Below are positions 30,526 to 39,781 of a stretch of 64,000 nucleotides of DNA, in pieces. The DNA comes from a virus, in IMG/VR virus record IMGVR_UViG_3300044858_003284; one strand, given 5' to 3'. The position numbers and the translations under genes were made by a program. The notes under the pieces were generated by a model, which was not told the origin of the DNA, ran no database searches, and was given only the letters and a program-made list of their open reading frames with translations. The stretch's first letter is position 1; the number at the start of each line of letters is the position of its first letter.

Positions 30526-31121
30526 AAAAAATGTTGTGTAAGATACCACACATTATTCATATAGAAAACTTTTTAACAAATGAAGAATGTGATGATATTA
30601 TTAAACATGGTGATCCATTATTAACAGATTCAAATGTTGTAAATGTTGATACTGGCTTCAACGAAAAGATGGATAGTTTTAGAATCAGTAAAGACTGCTG
30701 GTTTGACCACAACAATCCATTGGTAGTAAATCTCCACGATAAAATAGAAAAAGAAATAGGCATCAGTAAAAAGAGATTTGAAGCACTTACAATGCTTCGA
30801 TATGATATTGGTGGTCGATATGTGCCACATTGGGATTATTTTGAAGATGTGATACCAACATACCATGACATCGTTAAAGATATTGGTAATCGAGTTGGTA
30901 CGGTCATAGTGTATCTCAATGATGTGGAAGAAGGTGGCCACACCACTTTTAATAAACTAAATCTATCGGTTGAACCACAAAAAGGAAGTATGTTATACTT
31001 TCGTTATGATTACAAAAATAAATCAGACAATGCAAACACAATGCACGCTGGTGAACCTGTAATCAAAGGACACAAATACATTGTAACCACCTGGATTAGG
31101 GAGTTTCCGTTTTCGTTATGA
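30522..31121 (+). CDS. Prolyl 4-hydroxylase-like 2OG-Fe(II) oxygenase
   Basis: FLT.EECD, PHWD (HxD), YLNDVEEGG.T.F, HAGEPV.KG.KY. Confidence 0.88.
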   Translation: MKKMLCKIPHIIHIENFLTNEECDDIIKHGDPLLTDSNVVNVDTGFNEKMDSFRISKDCWFDHNNPLVVNLHDKIEKEIGISKKRFEALTMLRYDIGGRYVPHWDYFEDVIPTYHDIVKDIGNRVGTVIVYLNDVEEGGHTTFNKLNLSVEPQKGSMLYFRYDYKNKSDNANTMHAGEPVIKGHKYIVTTWIREFPFSL

Positions 31122-31726
31122 TTGAGAATTCTGGCTTTGCTGCATTTGCAATGTTTCATGCTTTGAAACTGCATTTCACTTCTGATAGTTATGATTATGT
31201 CAAATATAATGGCAAGACAAATGTTACCAAGACAACATTCTCTACCAGAAAAGACAAGTATTCATTCTATCGACTATCACGTAAATTTGGATTGACAGAA
31301 TTACGAGATTACTATATTGCCAATTTTATGGTAGAAGATATTCAATGGGTTGGTGATATTCTAGGACCAGAATCCGAGGACAACTACAAAAAGTGGCAGA
31401 AAAGAACTCAAAGCTTGACTTATACCTTTGAAAATGATATAATTAAACTGTTAGATAGAGTTGATAATCCAAATGATTTATTGATTGTGAGAAACAATGA
31501 GTTTCCACTTCTAATGCAGTGTGTTCAACAAAAAGATATTGCACTAGAAACATTAATAATTCTAAATGATTTGATGAACTTCTTTCCCATGTGGGAAAAA
31601 GAAATATATGATGATCTTGTTTGGCCTAACTTTAAAAGAAAGTGTGAGAAATACAAACCATTTCTTTCTTATGATAAAGTAAAGTTCAAACAAATTTTGA
31701 AAGAAAAGATAAAAGAATATGCATAA
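31118..31726 (+). CDS. gp59: Helicase loader gp59
   Basis: ALKLHFT...YDY.KYNGK....TF..RKDKY.F.RLS, LETLIIL, KYKPFL. Confidence 0.88.
   Translation: MIENSGFAAFAMFHALKLHFTSDSYDYVKYNGKTNVTKTTFSTRKDKYSFYRLSRKFGLTELRDYYIANFMVEDIQWVGDILGPESEDNYKKWQKRTQSLTYTFENDIIKLLDRVDNPNDLLIVRNNEFPLLMQCVQQKDIALETLIILNDLMNFFPMWEKEIYDDLVWPNFKRKCEKYKPFLSYDKVKFKQILKEKIKEYA
31415..31443 (+). promoter_or_regulatory. Internal sigma70 promoter within gp59, serving downstream genes
   Basis: TTGACT, 17 nt spacer ending TGa, TATAAT. Confidence 0.55.
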
Positions 31727-32210
31727 AGTAAAAATCACAAAAATCTATCTCGACATGGATGGTGTGATTGCTGACTTCAATAAACGATACAAAGAATTGT
31801 ATAAGATTGAACCAAAAGAGGCAGACACATATAAAACTTTTGATAAGTTTTTCACCATGTTTATTGCTGACAGGCAATTTGCAACACTAGACTTGATGCC
31901 TGATGCCATGATCTTAATTAACTATTTGAGGTCGTTGCCTATTCCTACAGAGATTCTATCTTCAACATCATCTGAAAAACGTGATGCTGATATTAGAGAA
32001 CAGAAAATTGAATGGCTGAAAAAGCATAACATTGAGTTTCCTGTTAATCTGGTGCCAGGTAAAAGATTGAAGAAAGCTTTTTCAAACCAAAATTCACTAT
32101 TGATTGATGATACTTCACAAAATATTGATCAATGGCGAGTAGAAGGTGGTGTTGGTATACTTCACACAGATACCATAACCACACTCGGTATTTTGAAAAT
32201 GTATGTTTGA
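31719..32210 (+). CDS. HAD-family 5'(3')-deoxyribonucleotidase
   Basis: YLDMDGVIADF, K..WL, LIDD...NI..W...GG.GILH. Confidence 0.85.
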   Translation: MHKVKITKIYLDMDGVIADFNKRYKELYKIEPKEADTYKTFDKFFTMFIADRQFATLDLMPDAMILINYLRSLPIPTEILSSTSSEKRDADIREQKIEWLKKHNIEFPVNLVPGKRLKKAFSNQNSLLIDDTSQNIDQWRVEGGVGILHTDTITTLGILKMYV

Positions 32211-32235
32211 CATTGGATAAATACTATTATATAAT
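32207..32235 (+). promoter_or_regulatory. sigma70 promoter overlapping a late-type GATAAATA, for gp32
   Basis: TTGACA, 17 nt spacer, TATAAT, with GATAAATA inside the spacer. Confidence 0.75.
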
Positions 32236-32298
32236 GAATAATGTGGATAAGTCGTTTTTATATACCGTTAATACTCCGTTTATACGAAAGGAAATACT

Positions 32299-33177
32299 AT
32301 GAGTTTTGCTAATCTCAAACGCCAATCTGGCAACCTCGACAAACTATCTAAAGCAATCGAGGCACTCAATACCACAGCAGAAGGTTCCGATAAACCCGAT
32401 AATTTTTGGAAATGTGAAGTAGACAAAGCTGGTAACGGCATGGCTACAATTCGTTTTCTTCCCGCATCTGAAAAAGATGGTGAAGATGGTTTGCCATGGG
32501 TTAAGATGTTCTCACACGGATTCCAAGGTCCTGGTGGTTGGTTAATTGACAACTGCTTGACAACCAAGGAACAAAAATGTCCAGTATGTGAACACAATAC
32601 TGCATTGTGGAATTCTGGCATCGAAGCGAATAAAGAAATTGTTCGTAAACAAAAGCGTAAACTAAATTACATCGCTAACATTTATGTTGTTTCTGATCCG
32701 AAACATCCTGAAAATGAAGGTAAAGTATTCTTGTTTAAGTTTGGTAAGAAAATCTTTGATAAGATTTCTGAAGCCATGAATCCACAGTTTGCTGATGAAG
32801 AAGCAATCAATCCATTTGATTTGTGGAAAGGTGCCAACTTCAAGTTAAAGATTCGTAAAGTTGAAGGCTATCAGAATTATGATAAGTCTGAGTTCGAATC
32901 ACCATCGGCTTTGTTGAATGATGATGAAGAACTAGAGAAGGTTTGGAAATCACAATACTCTCTAACTGAGATGATTGGTGATAAAGAATTCAAATCATAT
33001 GATGTTTTGAAACAACGCCTTGATAAGGTTCTCGGTTTAAATGGTGAAGTACCTGCCGCTAAAACAACCGTTGAACAAATCAAAGAAGCACCTAAGAAAG
33101 TTCAGCGTGAAGTTGAACCTGATTTAGAAGAAGATGATGATATGGCTTATTTCAGTAAGCTAGCTGAAGAAAATTAA
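32299..33177 (+). CDS. gp32: Single-stranded DNA-binding protein gp32
   Basis: GNG.A.IRFLPA, HGFQGPGGW.I.NCLTT, KRKL.YIANI, GKKIFDKI, NYDKSEF, acidic tail. Confidence 0.96.
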   Translation: MSFANLKRQSGNLDKLSKAIEALNTTAEGSDKPDNFWKCEVDKAGNGMATIRFLPASEKDGEDGLPWVKMFSHGFQGPGGWLIDNCLTTKEQKCPVCEHNTALWNSGIEANKEIVRKQKRKLNYIANIYVVSDPKHPENEGKVFLFKFGKKIFDKISEAMNPQFADEEAINPFDLWKGANFKLKIRKVEGYQNYDKSEFESPSALLNDDEELEKVWKSQYSLTEMIGDKEFKSYDVLKQRLDKVLGLNGEVPAAKTTVEQIKEAPKKVQREVEPDLEEDDDMAYFSKLAEEN

Positions 33178-33209
33178 ACCAAAACTCCTTTCCTCAGAAG
33201 TTGGTTTAG

Positions 33210-33232
33210 ACCCCGCTACGGCGGGGTTTTTT
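33210..33232 (+). terminator. Rho-independent terminator between convergent transcription blocks
   Basis: ACCCCGC-TACG-GCGGGGT followed by a T-run. Confidence 0.88.
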
Positions 33233-33235
33233 ATT

Positions 33236-35206
33236 TTATACTGGCCGCATGTTCTGCCGTTGAATTCTGAGTAGTGTTGGATCATCTATTCGAGTAGAAA
33301 CTGTGGTCTCTACAGAAATATTACCACCGCCACCAGAACCGTTACCAATAGTTTGAGAGTTATCGATAACTGTTGTGCTCATAGAAGGTTTGGCTGCCAT
33401 CTTAATTTCAGCATTCTTACTCATTGTAGATTCTAATCGTGTATCAGTACCACCACTAGAAGATACTGGTGTGACCATTGGTGCAGGTGCCGAAACTTTT
33501 GGTGTTGCTGATGTTGTTGGTGCGGCTGCAGGTGCCGTTTGATTTACTTTTGGAGTTTCTGTTGAAACGGGCTCTACAGGTTTATTATTTTCTTCTGGTG
33601 TGGCAGTAACCATAGGTTCCACATCAGCACTAGAATTTGCAATATGTTCAAATAGTTTTTCACTAATTGCTTTACCTGCCTTCTTACCACCAACATAACC
33701 CAATGCTGCGCCAGTTGCACCACCTAAGAAAGCACCTATTGGGCCACCAACCGATCCAATCGTTGCGCCTATCGTTGCACCCATAGAAGTACCAGCACCA
33801 GCGGCAATTATCTGTGCTGCACTTGATACCATAATCTCTCGTAATTGTTTATCATCTATCTTACCTTCTTCACGGTCAGCAATCGCCTGTTTCATTGTAT
33901 CCATGAGTTCAAAAGCACCAGCAATACCACCAATGAAAGGTAGCTTAGCAAAATACTTTAATACACCTTTAGCACCTTTTAATATTTTCGATATCTTTGT
34001 TGCTTTTGGTTTTTCTTCAACCTTTTCTACCTTTGTGGTTTTCTTTTCTTCTTCGTATTTCTCTTTGCCTTTTTTGGTGGCCTTTTCTGCCGTCTTTTTA
34101 GTTTTTTCTTCGGTCTTTTTCTGTTCTTCTGGTTTCGGTTCAGCAGGTTTTTGTTCTGCTGGTTTAGGTTCAGCTGGCTTAGGCTCTGCTGGTTTTGGTT
34201 CAGCAGGCTTAGGTTCAGCTGGCTTTGGCTCAGCAGGTTTAGGCTCTGCTGGTGCAGTTGGAGTTCTAATGCCTCTTATTTTATCAAAAGCCTTTTTTAA
34301 TCCTATTGCAGCTGCTATTTCACCTACAAACGTAAATAGTGGCCCAAGCAAAGACCATAATCCATTCCATATACTCGTTACAACTCCCAATAACATATTT
34401 TTTGCTGATTCGATTAGACCTTTGATAAAGTCAATAATACCACCACCTTCTTGTTTTTTCTCTACAGCTTTTACAGTTACAAAAGATCCTAAAGATTTAA
34501 TTGCTTCAATCAATTCTTTATTACGTTTTTCTTTTTCTTTCTCACGAATCTTTTTAAAACTCTTTTCTATTTGATATCTCTTTAAAGAATTAATCTGTTC
34601 AGCTTTTATCATGTTATACATGCGAGCCAATATGGTAGCAATACCATCACCTTTTTTCATAGACTGTGTATTACCTTCTGCAATAGAAGAATATAAACCC
34701 ACATCAGATTTGTTTAATTTTTCGTTAATGTATGCTGGTTTTTGTTTAGTTTCTTTTACTTTTTTACCAGAAAAATAACTAATATCTTCTTTACTTCTTC
34801 CTGTCATACCACCAAGTAAAGCAGAACCAAAACCACCAGTTAACATTCTGGCAATATTTAAAGGATCGAATTTTTCTTTTAATCCTAATGATCGTGCTTG
34901 AGATTTTTCTGATATACTGGAACGAATAGAAGAAAACACACCTTCTTGGCCTTCTATTATTTTTTCAGTAATTAAGTCTTTGAGAGATTTCTTTCTAATC
35001 TTAGATGCCTGCTGATATGACATCTTTTTATCGGTCGATTCGATAGTGTCCTGCTGTTTTGGTTTACCTAGTTGGGACATCTCTTTCTTTGTAGCTGGTC
35101 GAATATAACTGCCAGTTTCAGCCAAAAGAAACCAATGGCCTTTCTTATTAAAGGCATTTGGATTCCACGAAAAAGTATCTTGACCTATTGTTTTTATTGT
35201 AACCAT
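33236..35206 (-). CDS. Tape-measure / baseplate hub-like protein (gp29-like) with PAEPK repeats
   Basis: Helical protein with a glycine-zipper segment (GATIGATIGSVGGPIGAFLGG); located after gp26/gp51. Confidence 0.6.
   Translation of the reverse strand: MVTIKTIGQDTFSWNPNAFNKKGHWFLLAETGSYIRPATKKEMSQLGKPKQQDTIESTDKKMSYQQASKIRKKSLKDLITEKIIEGQEGVFSSIRSSISEKSQARSLGLKEKFDPLNIARMLTGGFGSALLGGMTGRSKEDISYFSGKKVKETKQKPAYINEKLNKSDVGLYSSIAEGNTQSMKKGDGIATILARMYNMIKAEQINSLKRYQIEKSFKKIREKEKEKRNKELIEAIKSLGSFVTVKAVEKKQEGGGIIDFIKGLIESAKNMLLGVVTSIWNGLWSLLGPLFTFVGEIAAAIGLKKAFDKIRGIRTPTAPAEPKPAEPKPAEPKPAEPKPAEPKPAEPKPAEQKPAEPKPEEQKKTEEKTKKTAEKATKKGKEKYEEEKKTTKVEKVEEKPKATKISKILKGAKGVLKYFAKLPFIGGIAGAFELMDTMKQAIADREEGKIDDKQLREIMVSSAAQIIAAGAGTSMGATIGATIGSVGGPIGAFLGGATGAALGYVGGKKAGKAISEKLFEHIANSSADVEPMVTATPEENNKPVEPVSTETPKVNQTAPAAAPTTSATPKVSAPAPMVTPVSSSGGTDTRLESTMSKNAEIKMAAKPSMSTTVIDNSQTIGNGSGGGGNISVETTVSTRIDDPTLLRIQRQNMRPV
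34118..34252 (-). repeat. Nine 15-bp units encoding PAEPK-type pentapeptides
   Basis: PAEPK x6, PAEQK, PAEPK, PEEQK, with synonymous codon variation. Confidence 0.92.
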
Positions 35207-35207
35207 T

Positions 35208-36890
35208 TTACATTGTAGCTAACATTGGAGAATCATCCATTACTGTGGTACTTATAATTTGTGGTTGTTGACCACCACCGGAATTAATGAATGTTTTTGT
35301 ATTATTTACTGCAACATTTGTTACAGGCACCTGTTCTTTTAAATCTTTATTTTGTGTAGACATGGCATACACTGCGTCACCTGATGGTGCATTTGTATAC
35401 GCTTCAACTTTGGCCATCTGTTCAGCACCAAAACCCTTTGTCAAATCAACACTAGCACCAACCACGGCCTTAGTGACTTCTTTATTGGCCTCAGACTGAC
35501 TCTTAAATGAGTTTACTTTATCACCTAATTTGTTCTTAACAAAGGCAGCAACAACTTTTGGTCCTATTTTTGAATCAAACACTAAGTCTGGATTGGAAAC
35601 TAAATCAACACCAATTTGTTTACCAATTCTTTTGTAATTATCTTTACCTGTCAACATAATTAAACCACGGCCACGATATTTGAATCCGTCACCAGGTTCT
35701 TTATTACCTAATTCTTGGCCTTTTTCAGTTTGATAACCATAAACTGTTTCAAAGAATTTAGAATCATCTTTTTTGATTTCATTTAACTGTTCATCAGATA
35801 GGTTTGCAACTCTACTGCCAAATATTTTACGAATTCTATCGTTTGAAGTTTTACCGTAACCAGTTTCATACTTTGCACCGAAACCAGATTCTTTACTGAC
35901 GTTGCCTAAAATGGCTTTCTGTGCATATTCATTGGTTATACCAACTTCAGCCAATGCTGTTCCGATACCGGCGATCACTGCAGCTGTACCACCAATTGCT
36001 GCAGCACCTCCTGCGGAAGGTGTTGGAACTTTTGTTGCTACTGGTGCTTGTGGTTTAATTTCTGTTGGTATAGATGGTGTTTCTTTTGTTACTTTGGGTG
36101 TAACTGTTGTAGGTTTAACAATTTCTTTGGCTTTACTAATGGCAGATGATACAGCTGGAATTTCTTTAGCTTTAGTGATAACACGAGCTGCAACTGGTGC
36201 AGCTACAACTGCGGCAGTAACAACAGCGGCTTCTGTTTTAGGTTCTGCTGGCTTTGGTGTTGGTGGTGTGGTTACAGTAGGTTGTTCAATATTTAAATCT
36301 TTTTTAGTTTTATCGATATCAATCTTTGTGGGCTTTTTATCTTTTAATTTTTTAATTTCAGCAATTAAATTATCGTGGCGTCTTTGATCTTCGGATTCTA
36401 TTTCTTCTTCAAAGTTGTGTTCTAATTCTCTATTGAGATTTTCTTTCTCATAAAAGAATTTTATTGTATTGGCCAATTTGGCTGCCACGGTTGCAACATT
36501 GTCGCCTTTTTGTAGAGAACTTCTTTGACCTTCTCTGATATTGGTATAGAAAGCAGTTTCAACATTACCGACCTTTGTTTCTTGTGGCCGAGTAATAGAA
36601 TATTCTTTATCACCTTTTTTTCGTCCTTTGTTTGCAAAGTATTGCATATCTTCAGGACTTCTACCAGTAATTTTACCCAATAGACCAACACCAAGATTAC
36701 CCGTAAACATTTTTGCTATGTTTAACGGGTCAAATTTCTCTTTTAGACCAGTTGTTCTGGCTTTAAAAGATTCTGATATACCACCACCAATCGATTGACC
36801 AACACCTTGGCCTGAGGTTAGTCTATTGGTAATTGTACCTAAGACACCTCGTTTTCTTGTGGCAGCTGCTCTTTCGTAATTGCTTATCAT
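35208..36890 (-). CDS. Tail-associated protein with GH19 (chitinase/lysozyme-like) domain
   Basis: KESG...LGNKEPGDGFKYRGRGLIMLTGKDNY..IG....VDLVSNPDLV GH19 signature. Confidence 0.82.
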   Translation of the reverse strand: MISNYERAAATRKRGVLGTITNRLTSGQGVGQSIGGGISESFKARTTGLKEKFDPLNIAKMFTGNLGVGLLGKITGRSPEDMQYFANKGRKKGDKEYSITRPQETKVGNVETAFYTNIREGQRSSLQKGDNVATVAAKLANTIKFFYEKENLNRELEHNFEEEIESEDQRRHDNLIAEIKKLKDKKPTKIDIDKTKKDLNIEQPTVTTPPTPKPAEPKTEAAVVTAAVVAAPVAARVITKAKEIPAVSSAISKAKEIVKPTTVTPKVTKETPSIPTEIKPQAPVATKVPTPSAGGAAAIGGTAAVIAGIGTALAEVGITNEYAQKAILGNVSKESGFGAKYETGYGKTSNDRIRKIFGSRVANLSDEQLNEIKKDDSKFFETVYGYQTEKGQELGNKEPGDGFKYRGRGLIMLTGKDNYKRIGKQIGVDLVSNPDLVFDSKIGPKVVAAFVKNKLGDKVNSFKSQSEANKEVTKAVVGASVDLTKGFGAEQMAKVEAYTNAPSGDAVYAMSTQNKDLKEQVPVTNVAVNNTKTFINSGGGQQPQIISTTVMDDSPMLATM

Positions 36891-37075
36891 TTACCTTGTC
36901 TTTGTTTTATCTTTTCGTTTTCTTCTTCAATAAATTGTATAAGCATATTAACGTAGATATCACGTTCCCAAGGTATCATATTTTCAAGTTCAGTTAAACT
37001 ATACTTGTGATGTTGCATCAAAGAAAAGTTTGTTTTATAATAATTTCTTAAATTGTCATGACGAAATGTTAACCG
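36887..37075 (-). CDS. gp51-like baseplate hub/tail assembly chaperone frame (probably reached by -1 frameshift from gp26; internal ATG at 37018)
   Basis: RLTFRHDNLRNYYKTNFSLMQHHKYSLTELENMIPWERDIYVNMLIQFIEEENEKIKQRQGK; not in the ORF track. Confidence 0.8.
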   Translation of the reverse strand, partial: RLTFRHDNLRNYYKTNFSLMQHHKYSLTELENMIPWERDIYVNMLIQFIEEENEKIKQRQGK

Positions 37076-37794
37076 AAAAAATTGTCTAACCCTTCCACCT
37101 CTATCGTGTGGTTATAACCACACTTACTACAAGTAGTTTTAATAACTTTATTCATTGTTGGTAAGTTATTAAAAAAGTTTTCTATTTTTGCAAACTGATC
37201 TTGATTCAGAGATTCGACAAACTCAATCATTTCTGTTGGATCGGTCTCTTTGGCATAGTAATATTGTTCACCGTCAAAGATATATTCGATACTCTCAACA
37301 ATCATTTGAAATGCCATATCGGTGGCACTATTAAATTTTGTTGCTCTTTCTAACAAAGAAAATTCTGGATATTTCAACTTGATTGCAATCGCATCAGTTA
37401 ATTGAATAATATCTTTGGCATCTTCTTTGTATTCAACCTTAATATCTAAAAGATTAATAGATGTATCCATTAAATTACCACAAGGTTTTTCATTAACTTC
37501 ATTCTCACAACGATATTTGGTTTCAATTACTTCACCAACTGATCGTGCTCTGAGATTAATAAAATAAAACTCAACGTCAATAATTGGTAATGAATCAATA
37601 TCAACGTTTGGTGTCAATGTGCAATTATGTAAAACTTGCCGAATATTCTTTTCAATTGTTTCTTTATCATCCGACTCCATCGCCATCATTAGGTTTCTTT
37701 GTTCTTTTACAAGAAACGGTCTGAATCGAATGTGTTTCTTTGATAACGGTAAATCTACTTCATATACAGGCGAATCAATTTTTGGTAAAGCCAT
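37069..37794 (-). CDS. gp26: Baseplate hub assembly protein gp26-like
   Basis: MALPKI..P.Y...LP.S...I.FRPFLVKE, LRARSVGE, C..CG, ...EGLDNFFG; AAGGAG RBS. Confidence 0.85.
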   Translation of the reverse strand: MALPKIDSPVYEVDLPLSKKHIRFRPFLVKEQRNLMMAMESDDKETIEKNIRQVLHNCTLTPNVDIDSLPIIDVEFYFINLRARSVGEVIETKYRCENEVNEKPCGNLMDTSINLLDIKVEYKEDAKDIIQLTDAIAIKLKYPEFSLLERATKFNSATDMAFQMIVESIEYIFDGEQYYYAKETDPTEMIEFVESLNQDQFAKIENFFNNLPTMNKVIKTTCSKCGYNHTIEVEGLDNFFG

Positions 37795-37818
37795 TTTATT
37801 ATCACTCCTTAAAAATTA

Positions 37819-38697
37819 TTAATAACCGTCCCATTCTGAATATTGAAACGGACCACTTTCTTCATAATAATCTTGGCCTGATTCATACTCTAAAGGAAAA
37901 GGTTCTTCCACTAAATCATCTGAACCACCAAACCATGAGGATCCAGAATCATCGTAACCATCATAACCACTTCTACCTGTGTTGTCATTTCCAATTGTTG
38001 TAAAAGGATTATCTAAATCTGCTTCATCACCAAAAGTGCCTAATGAACCAATGCCACCTAAAGCAGCAGTGATTCTAGATATAACACTTAACAATAATGA
38101 TGTGCCTAATGCTTGAACAGAGTTATTCATCCAATACGAATAGGCAAACACAACGGTTAGTTTGTGGTGTCCATCAGCCGACCAATCTAAATCTAATTGA
38201 TTGACTGAAACTGGATAAGCATCTATCAATGTTACAGAATAACTTTTATCATTCTCTACATCATACTGATTAATTGTGATGTTTGAAACATAATCAGTTT
38301 TATATGTAAAGTTAAACGAATAGGTTGGGTTTATAAATTCTTGCCATGTGTCAAAGAATATTCTTTCATTCATATCATCACCAACAATGAATGTTAACGC
38401 TACATCATTGTATGTTGGTTGATACGGAAACTTTTCAACGGGATTAGAACCTATTTTTCTATCTGCTGTAGCAAATGTTCTACTTGGCAATTCTGCGTTC
38501 TCACAGCGCATCTTTAATATTCTTGACATACCTCTAAAAGGTATCAATGTGATAGGTACAGGTATCTCCACATCAAATTTGTTTGGTCTTGCAACGTCAG
38601 TAACAAAACTTGATTTGAAATCGTTAATACTACCACTAGTGCCTGGTTCGTTACCAAAAAGGCCAATATTGCCAAATAGGTTATCGAAAATTGCCAT
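37819..38697 (-). CDS. Tail tube initiator / tube-family protein (gp54-like)
   Basis: ARPNKFDV, C...ELP.R, KFPY..TY.DV.LTF, FFDTWQ, L.DAYP.SV...L.W......L.V.FAY. Confidence 0.78.
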   Translation of the reverse strand: MAIFDNLFGNIGLFGNEPGTSGSINDFKSSFVTDVARPNKFDVEIPVPITLIPFRGMSRILKMRCENAELPSRTFATADRKIGSNPVEKFPYQPTYNDVALTFIVGDDMNERIFFDTWQEFINPTYSFNFTYKTDYVSNITINQYDVENDKSYSVTLIDAYPVSVNQLDLDWSADGHHKLTVVFAYSYWMNNSVQALGTSLLLSVISRITAALGGIGSLGTFGDEADLDNPFTTIGNDNTGRSGYDGYDDSGSSWFGGSDDLVEEPFPLEYESGQDYYEESGPFQYSEWDGY

Positions 38698-38708
38698 TTA
38701 AACTTTCC

Positions 38709-39302
38709 TTATTTCCTTATTTCGTCCAGTGATTCTTGCCAGACTGTGGCTGGCTGTGCTTTGGCAAACATATGAATAGGCAAATATGCCGCAACGTCCC
38801 ATTCATTTGGCTGTATGGCAAGTAATTTTGACTGGATTTGACCATACAAATACTTTTTAAGACATGGCCGAAACTCTTTAAACCGCTTGGAGGCGCCAAG
38901 AATCTCATAGGTGACTCTCATCTTCTTAATATCGTCTTTCCTATCAAGGACAGCGAAATCCATCAGTTTTCCCAAAAATGCCAGTCTATACTGTAATGGT
39001 AGGTAATGTAGGTTTAATCCTAAAATACCATCTGAATACTTCTCTAATACCAATACCAAAGGGAATTTATCATAATAAGGCAAATCTTTTTTACCGATTG
39101 GACTATAATAAAAAAAGTATAGTCCACCTAGACCAAAGTTATTCTTTTGTCTAAAATCTTCACGGTTGATGGTTGATCGTATGGTTGCTGGATTTCCTAA
39201 ATCAGAAATTTTAGATTTTAACCATTTTAACGAGTCTTTCGACATCGTTTGAATTTCATCAGCCGATTTTTGTTTTGCGAGTGTTGTAAGTTTAGACGCC
39301 AT
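38709..39302 (-). CDS. gp2: DNA end protector protein gp2
   Basis: YFFYY.P..K..LPYYDKFPLV, GLNLHYLP, PCLKKYL. Confidence 0.88.
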   Translation of the reverse strand: MASKLTTLAKQKSADEIQTMSKDSLKWLKSKISDLGNPATIRSTINREDFRQKNNFGLGGLYFFYYSPIGKKDLPYYDKFPLVLVLEKYSDGILGLNLHYLPLQYRLAFLGKLMDFAVLDRKDDIKKMRVTYEILGASKRFKEFRPCLKKYLYGQIQSKLLAIQPNEWDVAAYLPIHMFAKAQPATVWQESLDEIRK

Positions 39303-39310
39303 TTGATTAT

Positions 39311-39748
39311 TTAGTTGATTCCCAGATGATCTTCAGTTAGAATCTTGAACTCCCAACCACGATCCAGGCAGAACTCAGTTGCGGCCTTCCATTTGGCTTG
39401 GTTAACTCCCCAAGTGGCTACCTCATTAATGTATTGTTTGGTGATTCTTTTTCTTTGTTCTGGTTTCTCAGTTTGCTTCTTTGGCTTCACTTCTAATATC
39501 ATAGTTTTTACTAAACCATCACGGGTTTTAACTTTGACCAGAAAATCAGGAAAGTAACGGTGCCTTCTACCGTCTACGGGAGATATATAAGGAATAATAA
39601 GTTCTTCAGAAGCCCAAGAAACAATGTTATCGTTTCTATCAAGCCAAGACATTACCTTACATTCCCATGAGGACCTGTAAATGATGTTATTTGCATCCCC
39701 AACATACTTTTGGGGGTTTTTAGGTGTAAATCGTCCAGAATATGCCAT
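39311..39748 (-). CDS. gp4: Head completion nuclease gp4
   Basis: MAYSGRF.PKNP.KY.GD...I.YRSSWE, WASEE, RYFPDF, EVKP, NQAKW.AA. Confidence 0.92.
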   Translation of the reverse strand: MAYSGRFTPKNPQKYVGDANNIIYRSSWECKVMSWLDRNDNIVSWASEELIIPYISPVDGRRHRYFPDFLVKVKTRDGLVKTMILEVKPKKQTEKPEQRKRITKQYINEVATWGVNQAKWKAATEFCLDRGWEFKILTEDHLGIN

Positions 39749-39753
39749 AAATA
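39746..39753 (+). promoter_or_regulatory. T4-type late promoter for the baseplate operon
   Basis: CATAAATA about 28 nt upstream of the gp48 ATG, at the divergence point. Confidence 0.65.
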
Positions 39754-39781
39754 ATATGTATAACTTTTTTTAGAGGAATCA

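Noticed and set aside
33903-36387. Long plus-strand ORFs 33903-34574 and 35902-36387
   Set aside because: Antisense shadows of low-complexity Pro/Ala/Lys-rich minus-strand genes.
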